From: Callorhinchus milii
Taxonomy: Eukaryota
Direction: 5' to 3'
Length of the DNA: 64,000 bases
Assembly (NCBI RefSeq): GCF_018977255.1
Contig: NW_024704742.1
Span: 105,526,001-105,590,000, forward strand
In this document: one piece after another, positions 1 to 12,512 of the stretch
Position numbering within the stretch: position 1 is the first letter of the stretch
How the letters are laid out: each line of letters begins with the position of its first letter
Program-made: the position numbers and the translations under genes
The notes under the pieces: model-generated
The model's input: only the letters and a program-made list of their open reading frames with translations
Database searches by the model: none
Told to the model about the DNA's origin: nothing

Positions 1-296
1 TTACAGGCACTTTTGAATGACATCACCATCTGTAGCATAGAGAGCAATGAAGCCCCATTGCCTGGAATGGTGGGCATGGCTTTACTCCTTGCTCTATAAC
101 GCCTGTCATGATGTGGTGCTAATCTACAGTGTCTTGTTTGATTGGCAATGTGAACGTGCTTTGTGTCTCATCGCTGGTGTGTGAACTAAATGTGAGCGCG
201 CCACGGCCTGTTAAAATAAAATGTCTGCTTCGTGAAGGAAGGGACTCGTGAATGGTGGGAATTAAATTTTGCATGGATTTGTATGTGCTGAAGTTT

Positions 297-510
297 TAAC
301 AATAGCGACTTGCATTTATATAGCGCCCCTCATGCGAGGTAGTGGCTCAGAGTCCTTTACAGTGGTGGAGCTTGACGCTGAAATGGGCAGAGAGGGGAGG
401 TGACCATCGGGATGATCAGAGATGCGATCTGAAGACTAGAAAAGGAGGCAAAGTGAGAGATTGAGGCATGGATTCCAGACATAGTGGCTGAATGCAGGGC
501 TGCAGATGGT
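297..510 (-). mobile_element. L2 LINE 3' fragment
   Basis: aacaatagcgacttgcatttatatagcgcccctcatgcgaggtag is the reverse complement of the second L2 tail type. Confidence 0.7.
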
Positions 511-3350
511 GACTCTCAAAAAAAAGCCTCAGGTTCTCACAGAAGCCTGTCCAGATGGAATATGTAACGTTCATGTAGGCACACATAACAATAGTGGACT
601 TCATGTGCTGACTGGTGCTAGATTGAAGATGAGTTGGAAGAAGGATGCTGTTGACCTTCAGACCTGCCCTTCAGCAATTGCAAGCCATGCCCAATAGTGT
701 TCAAATCAAAGAGTACTGTTTGGGTTTTAAAATAGGCTGCTGATGGGGGTTATGTAAAATTGAAAGAAAATACTGTATGAACAAAACGTCATGCTTAAAA
801 GCCTGATAAAGTGGTCTGCGATCTTTTGTTCAGCTCTTAAGGCAGCTGAACTCTGTTGCTGTGTGGTGCTTTCTCTCTCTTGTGGTGTGCCATCTGTATG
901 GCTGCCGGTTTTCTCCTTTGAAGATGCAAAATGGGGCTTCGGGTTCCGTGACCCTTTCTCCATTATGTGTCGTCTTTAAGTCCTGCTCAGTGTCTTTTCT
1001 GAATTCTGTGATTGCGTTTAGTCTCCTTGTGCTGACTGCTGGGATATCTCTGCCAGCCCTGCTTATGCCTCACCACAACTAAAGGAATTCCATTGTGCTT
1101 CTATTCCCTTTTCTCCCTCCCTCTCCTTTCCCTGAATCGCTGCAGAACTCTATACTGGCCAACTCTTCCTATTGGCATCTCTCGGGACATACCAGCTATT
1201 TCCTCTAACAACATAAAAAATGCCTAAGCTTCAGTGAAATGCCACCTTGATGACCGTGTTTGGCTGTCTCCCGGTTGTCGGAAGTTCCATGTGCAGTGGC
1301 GAGTGTTCTGTGGTATTTGTAATCTGAGTTTGAATCTCAGTCTTGGCTTCTTTTTGCACTGAGCTGCACTTTGTAGTAACTTCGTTCATCTTGAGTAGAT
1401 TTGTCTGGTGGAGACCGGGGATAAGCGGGGGTTCTGAAAGGCTAATGCTGGTAGCTTAACAATTCACTAGAATTTATTATGTACACCATGGGCATGGGCA
1501 AGGTTTGATCTGCGAAGGAGCTAAGCAAAATGGTGATCTGATCATCTCATTGTCTTCTGCTACATTTGATGTAGCTCCTTTCATGTTGGACAAAGCGCTT
1601 CATTGAATATACTGTAAACGGTACAACTGACTGTTTTTTGTAAGCTCATGGGACAGCCAAGTTGTGCACAGCAATGGCCCACTAACTACTATTGAAGTGA
1701 GTGACTAATTTTATTTGAGAGATTGTCAGCCAGGAAACGGGGAGAAAATTCCCTTCTCTTTTCAAATAATGCCATGGATACTTATGTGAATTGCTCGGAA
1801 CTATTGTATCCAATAAAAGTGGCAATTGACAAAAGAGAATGCACTTTGCAAATTCACAAGGAGGACTTAAATCCATAACGGGAGTCTTTGTATAACTAAA
1901 ATAAACTGGTTGCCAAAGAGGGAGGAAGAACTTGCATATTTTATGCAAGGGCTGGTGTATTAGATTCAAAGTAATAGAGTTCATGACAATTATCTAGCAC
2001 TTTAGTTAAACAGCAGTAAGGACCAGAGTTTGCGAGTTGACCGTCTAAGCTGTTAATCTCTTTTTTAGGCTTTTTAATCTTTTCAGGGGAATGTAAATCC
2101 TTCATTTTCAAGGTCTGTCTGGGACATAATTCACATCAGAGCTGTTGTGTGCAACAAACCTCTACTTAGGTTATGCTCCACTGGAACATTTAAGGCTGTG
2201 GATTACTGGTACTTTGAAATGAATTCAGATTGATCTGAACATATTTTACCTATAAACTTTCCAGGGCAGAGATCAATTCACACTGACCATTCAAGGGGAA
2301 AGAAACCCTCAAGGTGGTTTCAAAAATAGCAGTTTGAAATGAAATGCCAGACCAGTCAAGTTCAGGGGTCTGTGTTTACATAACTGAAGCAGTTTACAAT
2401 TGAAATGATTTAAATTAAATCAATCTGTATTAGCATGCATGCATAATTTCTTTTCTCTGCAAATAGCGAGAAGGATTTGCTAATGCCAAATTGGATGGTG
2501 TTCTGAATAAACTCTAAAGGTGATTATTTAGATTTTATTTTTAAATGAACCAGATGTAAATTTAATTATTGACTGGATGCAGATAACCTGCAGGACGCTG
2601 CACTGCAGGAGATCATGCCTGGAATAGTTAATCATAGATATATTCAGTGATGCTTATTTTGACTTTTATCCGGTTTAATTCTCCATTAATTTATTTTCAT
2701 ACGTAAACTTTATGCTGCTATCTTGCGGCTTCCTTGGTGTCAGGCACAGGTCTCCATTTTAAAGGGCAGGTAGGAAATCCGTTCCGATAGCACTTATGAA
2801 CTGACTGCAGGTAAATGTGTTGAGACTGCTGTGGGTCGAGTCATTCCTATCATTCTCTGTTGCAGTACCTTCCTTTTCTATTCTCCCCAGCTGTACCTGG
2901 GCAAGATCAGGCTTTCTGTGCGTGGAATTGTTTCATAGTAAATCCTATGAAGCGCTTTGAGACCATTCTCCTGACATAAAAAGCCCTTTACCAAATGTAA
3001 GGATTATTATTATTTATCCAGAAGTAGATTGCAGAATTCCCGTGAGTTGCTATGGCCTTCAACTATTTACCAGCAGAATTCAATATTTATGATTCTATTA
3101 TGAGCAATGTTCAATCCTATCATGCTACTTAATTGAGATCTGGTCGTTGTAATGGATGTGGGATGCTCCATGGAATGGGACAGTCTTGATATTATCACAA
3201 GTGAAGTTTCCCTCCGAACAATTCTGAGGCCTAAAATGCGCGGTGCTGAGCGCAATTAGCTGCAGTATTACAGGATATTCCCCGAAATGCTTTGAGATGT
3301 CTCGAAGACGTGATAAGACTCCATATCAAATGCAAGGAATATTATTAGTA

Positions 3351-3592
3351 TTCTTGGTCTGTAAAACCATATTTCCTTAAATTCAAGATCGCACAGAGTT
3401 GTAGGAAATTATTAAATTCTGATGTTTTCCATGAAAGTTTTTTTTAAAAAAAACATAGCTTCTAAATTAAGACTGAATTTAAGAAGTTTCTACAATTCCG
3501 TGTGAATGTTAAGATAAAATGATCTTAATGTTTGAGACGGGATGAGATTCCAGGCTTCTAGTATCATGGTTTGGTTTTCTTCAGACCAACAA
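3351..3592. repeat. Imperfect palindrome (MITE-like)
   Basis: Outer ttcttggtctgtaaaacca / tggttttcttcagaccaacaa; inner arms 3391-3419 and 3475-3503. A partial homologue lies at about 21620-21690. Confidence 0.7.
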
Positions 3593-4419
3593 TCCTCTGG
3601 TCTTGGTAACATCTGAATACTTTGAAGATCACACTCTTTGGAATTTCCTAATGGATCCATGTTAAGTATACTGACAGATATTGTATTGAGCCATATAGCC
3701 CAGGAAGGTTTTGTGTTAAATGGCTGATGTGCACTATGTTATCTTATCTCAGGCAAGGTGATGGTCAGGATAATTAATTGATCTCAGGGTCCTAGGTTAG
3801 GGAGAGGAAAAATCAGCTGGAGAGCTGTTGGATCAATTTTAACAATAAACAGATCCTAATTACTAGCATTTAATCAGTAACTTCAGGCCCACCCCCACCT
3901 TGGTATCTGCTGTATTGGAGCCTTCACCTAGTGTTTGCTGGATTGGAGCCCCCTCCCTTATGGCAAATAATTAGGTTCCACCTTATTGCTTTCTGCACTC
4001 ACAAGCTTGTGCTTTAGTCCCATGTCCCATTGCGTGTGTGGTTGGAGTTTTAAAGCTGTTAATTAAAACAGCAGAAAATAACAATTATGTCATTTTGGAC
4101 TTTGAGAAAACCAGGATTTTCTTGGTTTTGTTCACTGTTTGATAGTTTACATGTGCTGATGAATTCTGGGGATCAAAGGCAAATTTGTGATTTCTTGATA
4201 ATCAGATAATCTGAAAATTGGATCGGGTAAAAAAATCTATGCAGATGTCTAGATACCAGCCCAGTGTGATCAATGCTAGTGTCCAGCAGGATGTCAATCA
4301 CACTATATTTCTTCTGCCTTTCATTTTCCCATGACTACCTCAGTGCTGTACTGCCTTCTCCTTCACACCGGCCCAAATTTCCTCAGCAGCCAAATTAGTC
4401 GAGTTCAGATCCCAAGGCG

Positions 4420-4745
4420 ACATGCTCAAGCTGTCTGGTCATTCCTGGCCGCACCTGGAGTACTGTGTGCAGCTCTTGTCTCCTCAATAGAAAGGGGCAT
4501 CCAGGGCCTAGAGCCTTTGCAGGGGCTAATCCTCAATGATAGAGGGATGAGCTGTCAAAACGACTAGATAAACTAGGGCTCTTCAGCCATGAAAAGCAAC
4601 ATCTCAGAGGGGACCTTAGAGAGGTATAGAAGATGATAAATGGGTTAGAGAAGGTAAACACAGAATAATGCTTTCAGATATGCCAAGACAGCGGGCACTG
4701 GTTCAGGATGTGAAGGACAGCATTATGATTGATACCAGGAAGTAC
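4420..4745 (+). mobile_element. Old CR1 LINE ORF2 fragment
   Basis: ccgcacctggagtactgtgtgcag at 4449 encodes PHLEYCVQ, a CR1 motif, followed by decayed downstream ORF2 sequence. Confidence 0.7.
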
Positions 4746-4748
4746 AGA

Positions 4749-5107
4749 TAACCCATTATAACTTGGTTACCTGAGTCCAATCTCTCAGGGCTCACTTTAT
4801 AAAGAAGTTCAGAAAAATGTCCAACTTCCAGGTTGTCATCACCATTGATGTCACTTCCTGTATGTTGAGCAGGAAGTAATGATGGCGTCACTCCCTGTGT
4901 GAAGCGGTGTTAGGGGTACTTCCTTCACTGGGAATGCAGAGTGCGCTGGGCATGGCATTGGCAGTGACCTGGAAGTCGGCCATTTGTTAACACTTGGGAC
5001 ACAGGCCAGTTCACGCATCAGAACCAACCTGAGTCCACAGCCAGCAAACCAGTGTTACAACGGGGTACATTATAATGAGGTTCTGCATGAGGTAATCAAC
5101 GGGTTAC
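4749..5107. repeat. Imperfect palindrome (MITE-like)
   Basis: aaatgtccaacttccaggt (from 4815) is inverted against acctggaagtcggccattt (to 4985). Weaker outer arms taaccc...ttggttacct / aggtaatcaacgggtta. Confidence 0.55.
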
Positions 5108-5162
5108 TAGGAATGATGGATTCTGGACTCAATTAAGAAACAGATTGGTGCCATTATTGAAA

Positions 5163-5480
5163 AATAATAATAATAATCCTTGCATTTGATATAGCGCTTT
5201 TCACGTCGGGAGGACGTCCCAAAGCGCTTCACAGAACACACTGTAAAGTGAATTGACTGTATATTTGTGGGCGAACGCGGCAGCCAATTGCGCACAGCAA
5301 TGTCCCACAAACAGTGGTAGATTGAAAATGACCAATTTATTATTGTTTTTGGTTTTGGAGGGATTATTATTAGGCGTGTGGAGTAAGGAAACTTGCCCAA
5401 GGTTTCGCCCTCTGCCTGGAATTGAACTCAGGTCTCTCACTTGCAAAGCGAGTGCTCTAACCACTGAGCTACAGGACTCC
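5163..5480 (-). mobile_element. Young tRNA-derived SINE family A, short form, full length
   Basis: Minus strand starts GGAGTCCTGTAGCTCAGTGGTTAGAGC (A box), then CTCGC-TTTGCAA-GTGAG (anticodon arm, TGC = Ala) and GAGTTCAATTCC (B box). It ends in a stem-loop plus (TAT)n. Nearly identical to the copies at 38733 and 51321. Confidence 0.92.
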
Positions 5481-5584
5481 AAATGAGAGGTTAGGTGTAG
5501 AATTGGAAGGATGAGATCCAAGGGGCCAAAAGGCCTTCATTATTTGCACTTCTCTCGTGATTTTCAATTACAATTTTCAATTAC

Positions 5585-5711
5585 AATCAGCAATTGTTTC
5601 GCCCACAAATACACATTCAATTCACTTTACAGCATATTCCGTGAAGCGCTTTGAGACATCTAGAAGACGTGAAAAGCGCTATATCAAATGCAAGGATTAT
5701 TATTATTATTT
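5585..5711 (+). mobile_element. SINE family A 3' fragment
   Basis: gtttcgcccacaaatacac...gtgaagcgctttgagacatctagaagacgtgaaaagcgctatatcaaatgcaaggattattatt. Confidence 0.85.
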
Positions 5712-6414
5712 TATAATACTTTGGCAACAGAAAAAGAAAAATGAGGTTCATTTCGCTCATTGGGATCCACAATCTATAGAGAGCATAAGGAAAGCTGAAA
5801 AAAATCACTTTACCTTCAAAGCGTTCCACTAACTATAATAGAAAACAATAAACCCTGAAAAATATTTTATACTTTTAAGGGGAAATCCTTGTGTGTTGTG
5901 CATCCTTGAGTCTTGCCTCCTTCTTTTGGTGGTCATAATGACATTGTGACAGATGATCCCAGCAGCCCAGCTCCTGTATTTAGGGATATCCTGGATCCCT
6001 TCCAGAGCTACCTTGCCTGAGAGAAACATCGACCTGAGCTTGTCTGCACAGAAACGTGAAACTGACCATTAAGGCTAACAATTTTATATGTTCCATTCAT
6101 CCTTATGGTGCTCTCAGGTCAGGCCAAACAAACTATAACCCAAAACGGGCCTTCTTTACATCAACATAAACCCACCTTCTTGCTAAAGTACCGACTGAAT
6201 TGGTGTAAGTCAGTGAGGCTCGTACACCCAGCTTTGTGAATGTACTTCGAAGAGCAAGTCAATGTACATGACTTGGTTTGAACATCTCTTTCTCTCTCAT
6301 TTAACACTAAGGACAGAATATTATTCAGACATTGACAATATTATCTGAAGACCTGTCTGAATTTCAACACATAAAAACATGTTTGCCTTTGCACTAGAGG
6401 GTTGTATCCCAGGG

Positions 6415-6706
6415 TATTGACTACATTAGAGGGCACTGGCTATATCAGAGGATATTGACTACATTAGAGGGCACTGGTTATATCAGAGGATATTGACTAC
6501 ATTAGAAGGCACTGGCTATATCAGAGGTCATTGACTACATTAGAGGGCACTGGCTATATCAGAGGATATTGACTACATTAGAGGGCACTGGTTATATCAG
6601 AGGATATTGACTACATTAGAGGGCACTGGCTATATCAGAGGATATTGACTATATTAGAGGGCACTGGCTATATCAGAGGTCATTGACTACATTAGAGGGC
6701 ACTGGC
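6415..6706. repeat. 38-bp minisatellite, 7 full copies plus 1 partial
   Basis: Unit tattgactacattagagggcactggctatatcagagga starts at 6415, 6453, 6491, 6529, 6567, 6605, 6643 and 6681. Confidence 0.97.
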
Positions 6707-8257
6707 AAGGTGGTCAAATGGAGTAAATCTCCCTGAACATCATTGTCATTATGTGTCTGTATATAGACACATGCCGTTTGTCACGACAGTCTTAGCCTTT
6801 GCCATAGATCTTAAACAGATAGGCCCTCCTCCTTTGACAAAGTACTTTGAGACAATTACCAGTGACATGCAGAGAATAACAAATGAAGGCACAAGGTAGA
6901 TAAATTCACCTCTAGGTTCAGTGTTCTTCATAATTTAAATTAATGTGCTTTCCACGTAGCAGTCATGCTGCACTCCTCCCTTCAGCACTGCACAGTACTG
7001 TAGTGGTATTGAGTCCCTGTGTATGGTTCAGTCTATTATGGTTGACGTGCACCACCGGTAGTAAAGTAGCTGCGGCAAGTAGACAGGCAGGTACTGGATT
7101 GTTTCAATGCCCAATTGTTGCACTGAGCACTGTAAGTAGCCACTATTATAATTCTATGGACATATTTATAGTCTTGGGACCGCTGGATTTTAGAGGCTGT
7201 TTTTATTTCCTCAACATTTAAAATGAAACCTGAAATTGCAATTAACCCAACAAAATCCAATTTGCAAACAGTGCTCTGACATCCAGGTGCATGTGAAGGT
7301 GAACCCAAGAAACAGACATTTCTCTCCTATCCTAATTCACCAATTTAGCTTCATTTTCATTTTGCCTCCACCACTTTGCCTGGTCGATTGTCCCAAACAT
7401 TTAACCTTCTCTTAGTGAAATCTCAGTGAGGCCTGCTATTTATCTCAAAGCTCTCTAATCGTTGCTGGTAAGATCATTTCATTTACGCTTGTAATCGATC
7501 AAAGGATGAGGAATATAATGTATCTTTTTTAAAAAAAAGTATACGATTTGAAGTCATTATCAGAAGAAGACATGAAAGTTTGATTCTCTGTTGAAAAAAG
7601 TGCACAGTGTCTCCTCTGCCAGCACTTTCTCTGAATTTCATTGCACTTTGTTTCATGAAAGAAATCCTGTTTAGTCAGTATTTTGCAAGCCATCTATTTC
7701 TATTCTCCATAAAATACGCAGTACCTGCCTCGCATCTAAGGAAACTCATCAGTGCAGAAAGATTCCTGCCTGTACTTTACACACACTCAGGGCTTCACAA
7801 TCCATCAATTTTGACAAATGAAACCTGCTTTAGAGCTGTGAACTATCTGGCTATCACTTTCACTGATAAATATCTGATCCAAATACTGTACTACAGCACT
7901 GCACTGCATTACATCGACTCACCTGTTACACTTGTGTTGAAAGTGATTGTTCGAATGCTGTATATCTTAGCAAAATTTAGGAAAACCACTATAAAACTGA
8001 AGTTCAGAATCATAGCAGATTTATGGCATAGACCATGATGGGTCTACCATTAGACCCATCAAGCATTTGAAAGCTTCCTCCCTGCAGTTATCTGCCCTAA
8101 TTCCATTTCCATTTAAACTGTAATGTTTTACCTTGAGTTTCATCCAATTCTCTTCTCTATGCTGTTCTGGACTTGGCTTCAGTGGGCAATCAATAGTATA
8201 GTATGGAAGTGAAGTGGCGGTATCTCCTTTCGACCAGAACTTTAGAATTTTCTTCCT

Positions 8258-8430
8258 CAATCCCTCTGCCTTGCCCGTTCCTTCCTTATTTTTAGATCAC
8301 ATCTAAAGACCTTTCTCTTTGATTGTGCTTACGCTCATCTACCTCCATCCCCCCTGCTCGGCATCAGGCTCTGCCACCCTTCAGTCCACTACACCGTGTG
8401 AAAGGCATTATATAAATGCAAGTTGTTGTT
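8258..8430 (+). mobile_element. L2 LINE 3' fragment
   Basis: ctaaagacctttctctttgattgtgc...gtgaaaggcattatataaatgcaagttgttgtt. Confidence 0.75.
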
Positions 8431-8722
8431 TTATCCTTGTTGATTTTCTCCCGTGATGCTGGGCTGCAATTCTTTAGATACTGAAGTCACCCAAGCATTG
8501 GGCATTCTTCATGTGGGAGCTTGAACAACGCAGGTCAGCAGGTTAGTGGCCATAATTATAAACTGATCTTCTTCCTGTGCTCACTGGGTATCCACCCTGC
8601 ACATAGCGTTTTTGACGAATAGGGGGGAGCCTAGCTGCTTTTTCCTCTTCTCAGGGATTCTGAGACTAGTCGTGACAGTTATTGCACTGTCCGAGACAGC
8701 CTTACTGAGTGCAGATAACACA

Positions 8723-9140
8723 TGTGTCAGCTTGGGTCAGTTGGTAGACTTCTTGCCCCAGGTCAGGAGGTTTGGGGGTTCACACCACATAAGGTGAGCT
8801 CATAATCCAATCCACTGCCAATCCACTCCAGTGAATATTGGGGCAGCACTGCAATATCAGAGGTGACATTTTTCAGACTGAATGTCTGACCTTCACACTG
8901 TGTGTCTGTTCTTCAGGTTGATATTAAAGATCCTTTGACACTATTCAAAAAGAGAAGGGAGTTTCGCCAGAGTCCCAAGGATCAGTAATCTTCTAAATAA
9001 ACTGGTTATTCACCTCATGGCTGTTTATAGGACCTTGCTCTGCACAAATTGGTTGACGTGTTTACCTACAAAAACACAAACTACAATGGATAGCAATTTC
9101 TGTGAAGAGTATTGAGATGTTTTGGCATGATAAGGTACTG
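8723..9140 (+). mobile_element. Deu-domain SINE family B
   Basis: Homologous along its length to 12513-12917, more diverged. Confidence 0.75.
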
Positions 9141-9246
9141 CAAACCTGTTTTTCTTCTTTCTAAGATGAGGATCTTCCTGATCTCTAACAATCCTTTTCC
9201 AATGGATCTGTTAGCTGAGCTGCCAAAGAAGTGGGCAGATCCTTAC

Positions 9247-9320
9247 AACATAAGAACATAAGAAATCTTAGACGAAAATAAGAACAAGGTCTACCTAGTT
9301 TGCCTTCCACCTTCCTGACC
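9247..9320 (-). mobile_element. CR1 3' tail-only insertion
   Basis: aacataagaacataagaaat...aaggtctacctagtttgccttccacc is the reverse complement of the tail at 43910-43975. Confidence 0.75.
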
Positions 9321-9795
9321 TTCCTTACTGGTGAAAAGGCTTGCATCTGTGGAACTCTCAATGTTGGTTTGTGTTTCCCTGCGTGCCTTTCAGAAAATCT
9401 CTGGTCACTTCCATTATAGTGCTATGAAAGTTTATTCCAAAATCGCTGTTTCAATGGATTATAAATAGTACATCAAAAGTGGGAGTTCTTTTGAGGCGAT
9501 TTCAAATGAATTTCCGTTGTGGTGCCTCGGGGTGTCTGTTTCTGTTTATCTCATGCGTCAGTGCTTAGCTCAGTCATGATGAGGCAACTATTGCAGCTGC
9601 TTAACACGCACACGTTTTATTTTGCTTCTAGGTTTTTATAATTTATAAGATTAAATAAAGTGACGTGTTCTATGGGTGTCAAATGCACATTTGTTCGGGC
9701 ACGAGGCGAAGGTAGATTGAGCACATTGCAGATTATTTAGAAATAAAAACACTCTATTGTGTTGGAATTAAACTTGATAATGGTCCTATTCCAGT

Positions 9796-10163
9796 GGAGT
9801 CCTGTAGCATTGTGATTAGAGCACTCCCCTTGCAATTGAAAGGACCCAGGCTCAATTCCTGGGCAGGGAAAAATCTTTGGCAAGTTTTCTTATTCCACAT
9901 GTTCCTGTTTACTTAGCAGTAAGTAGGAACCCGGTTGTTAGTCGATTGGCGGATCACTTTCCAGGTAGTAATTCCTTCAAAAATAAATAATAATAATTTG
10001 GTCATTCAATCCACAGTTGTTTGTGGAACACTGCTGTAAGCAATTGGCTGACGCGTTTCGCCCACAAAAAGATAATCACTTCACTTTACAGCATATTCTG
10101 TGAAGCACTTTGAGAAGTCTCGACGACATGATGAAATGCTATATCAAATGCGAGGATTATTAT
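9796..10163 (+). mobile_element. SINE family A, long form
   Basis: Same head and tail as the short form, plus an internal segment tgtttacttagcagtaagtaggaacccggttgttagtcgattggcggat. Confidence 0.88.
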
Positions 10164-12512
10164 GTATTATATATATTATTGTCTTTTTGCATGACTTTGC
10201 TATTGGGAGCCATATTGTTCTTCTGGCTGTTGATCTCCTTTTGTCCAGGAAAAGATAACCTTGACACTGTGCAGTATGATACAAAATGCAATACACATAA
10301 TCTCAGCTATAATAAAATGAAATTGTATTCAGCCATTTGTGGCTGATGGCGTGGCTTCCATGCAGTTCACTTTTATGTTGCTTTGCGCAGAACAGTGACA
10401 GATAAGCTTTTCCGTTTGGCACTAGATCTAACTTATCTAGACAACGGATTAGATCACAGTTTAAGGGTTCGCTCGTGTGATTTATCTGGAGCATTAAGAA
10501 GAGGAATGCACAGGGTTCCCGGAGATTTCAACTGAAATTTATAACCCACATTTTTGATCTTTCAGAATGGAATCCCAAGTTAAATGGAGTGCTTGCAATT
10601 AGATTCTATGGGAATTTTGTTGTAAAATAATTTTCTATGTTGCAAATGTTCACAGGTGGTCTGAATGACCGCTTGTTAATAAACCGATGCAGCTCAGTTT
10701 CAGTATTACTGCAATCCAGAAGGCCACGTGAGCCCTTCAGGTGAAACTGATCAGAAATGTGAAGAAGAGTACAATTCTGATGGAGTTAAATGGTCGAAAT
10801 GGATGCACTATGTAGCAATGATACTGTGAATACCAGACCCACCTTATACATTATTATTTTTCTGAAGAATCAGAATCTGGTTTCACATCAGTGCTTTTAC
10901 AATTTCCAGTAAATCAGAACGGCAAGTCACCATGAATGTTATAGGAAAGCCCTTATCTCAGGATATGAAGCCATTTTAAATCCAGAGATTGTTTTGTGGA
11001 AGTAATTTTTAGGCATGACCAAAGGTCTCATATTTTGTAAAGAACGTACCCACTAGTGTTTGTTACTCTTTGGCTGAAAATGGGGCCTTTGCAAAGTGAA
11101 GGCACGACTAATTTCCACTGAAATGTGTGGGATTCATTATCAAATTCAAAGCCAAAATTACTTTAAAAATTGCAAAAAAAAAGCAAAGGCTATCTTTTGA
11201 CTTTTCCAACCTTTCATTGGACTTTTCAGGCCTTTGCCACATTTGGGATTGCAAGCATTTTATCTCCCAATTTTAGGTGCAAATTGAAATTTGCACTATC
11301 CAGTTTACGAATCCCACGTTGTTTATTGACAGTCTATAAAGTGCAGATGGAGACCGCTGGTATATTGGCTCTATATTAATCCCTGATCCTTGTATAATCC
11401 TTAATCCAGTTGCGTCACTTGAACTCCTAAATTTCTAAACAATAACTTTGTGAGAATTGGCTTGCTCTATGCCAGAATCTCAAATTATTCAGAACAAGAA
11501 AATGTGAATTGGCCACATGGTGATGTCCATTCGGTAACCAAACTTGGAGATCCCAGTTATGTCCAAAGATACTGGTGCTGATATTTAATGTCTCTTTCAC
11601 TTTCAAAGCTCTCTGCCTCACCCCCTCTGTTGCCTCCTTCAGGTCCCGTCTAAAGACCTTGCTCTTTGACACCGTGCCTTTGGCCACCTTGGCTGAGATT
11701 CGGATCAGGATAACTTAATGCTGTTTTCTTGGCTCAGTTATGATTAAAATAAAAGAAAGATGATGGAGTGATCTTGGTGAAGCAAGCAAGAAGAATTCTT
11801 GTTTATTGACTGAAAGAGACAGTATTCTATTTATGGGCACGCAAAACTGAATTTTAATTAGCACTTCATCGAGCGGGTCTACAATGAGTTTCAAACATGC
11901 TCTTTGAAACATCGCGTTCCGCAAAATTTCAGTGATGTGACTGGCCGACAATTTAAAAATCCCCTCAATAAGGATTAAGTATTAATTTCACGGGATCATC
12001 TCGGGCCCCAAATACCATGACTTTCATCATTGAGTCAGGAAGTCAGTATGAGCGTTTAGCTTTGTGACTAAACACAAAGACAAAAAAGAGAAGTGTCATT
12101 TAAATATCTTCATAAATGCACCATTGATGGTGAACAGAAAGTTAAGTCACCCTTTAGGACTTCAACTCCATACAGAAAGCTGCTCCTGTGTGCAGAGGGA
12201 TTGTAGGGGGTGTAGAGGAGTATATAATTACGATATGTTGTTACGAATATATTTGTCACAGTGTATATGTGTATCAAAGTTAGGAATTGTTGCTTGGAAA
12301 TTCTCCATTAAAATTGCATTGGAAAGAATTAATTCAATAATTTCAATTCTGGGTTCAAACCTATTTTGTGCATTATCCCTCTTTACCCCTTCTTTTTTGA
12401 AGGTAGTGACTTGTGCTGGATAGCATTTTATAGGCAGCAGCGGCCCAAGCAGCCATTCTTCAGGAACGAGTGTTGGCCGGACTTGCACCTAATCCTGATC
12501 TCATTGCATAAG

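Noticed and set aside
5107..5400. Recurrent ORF family MGKFPYST...RREKRYIKCKDYYY (also 38652, 51250, 53641, 53705) as a multicopy protein gene
   Set aside because: These are translations of SINE family A. The poly-Tyr is the (TAT)n tail and the frames differ between copies.
5410..5480. tRNA-Ala gene
   Set aside because: No proper acceptor stem, and the sequence continues into the SINE body in every copy. It is a SINE head.
6415..6706. CRISPR-like array
   Set aside because: Units are contiguous with no unique spacers, there are no cas genes and the context is vertebrate. It is a minisatellite.
7607..8038. 143-aa ORF
   Set aside because: Non-ATG start, no recognisable homology and no clear exon boundaries. 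More likely unique non-coding sequence.
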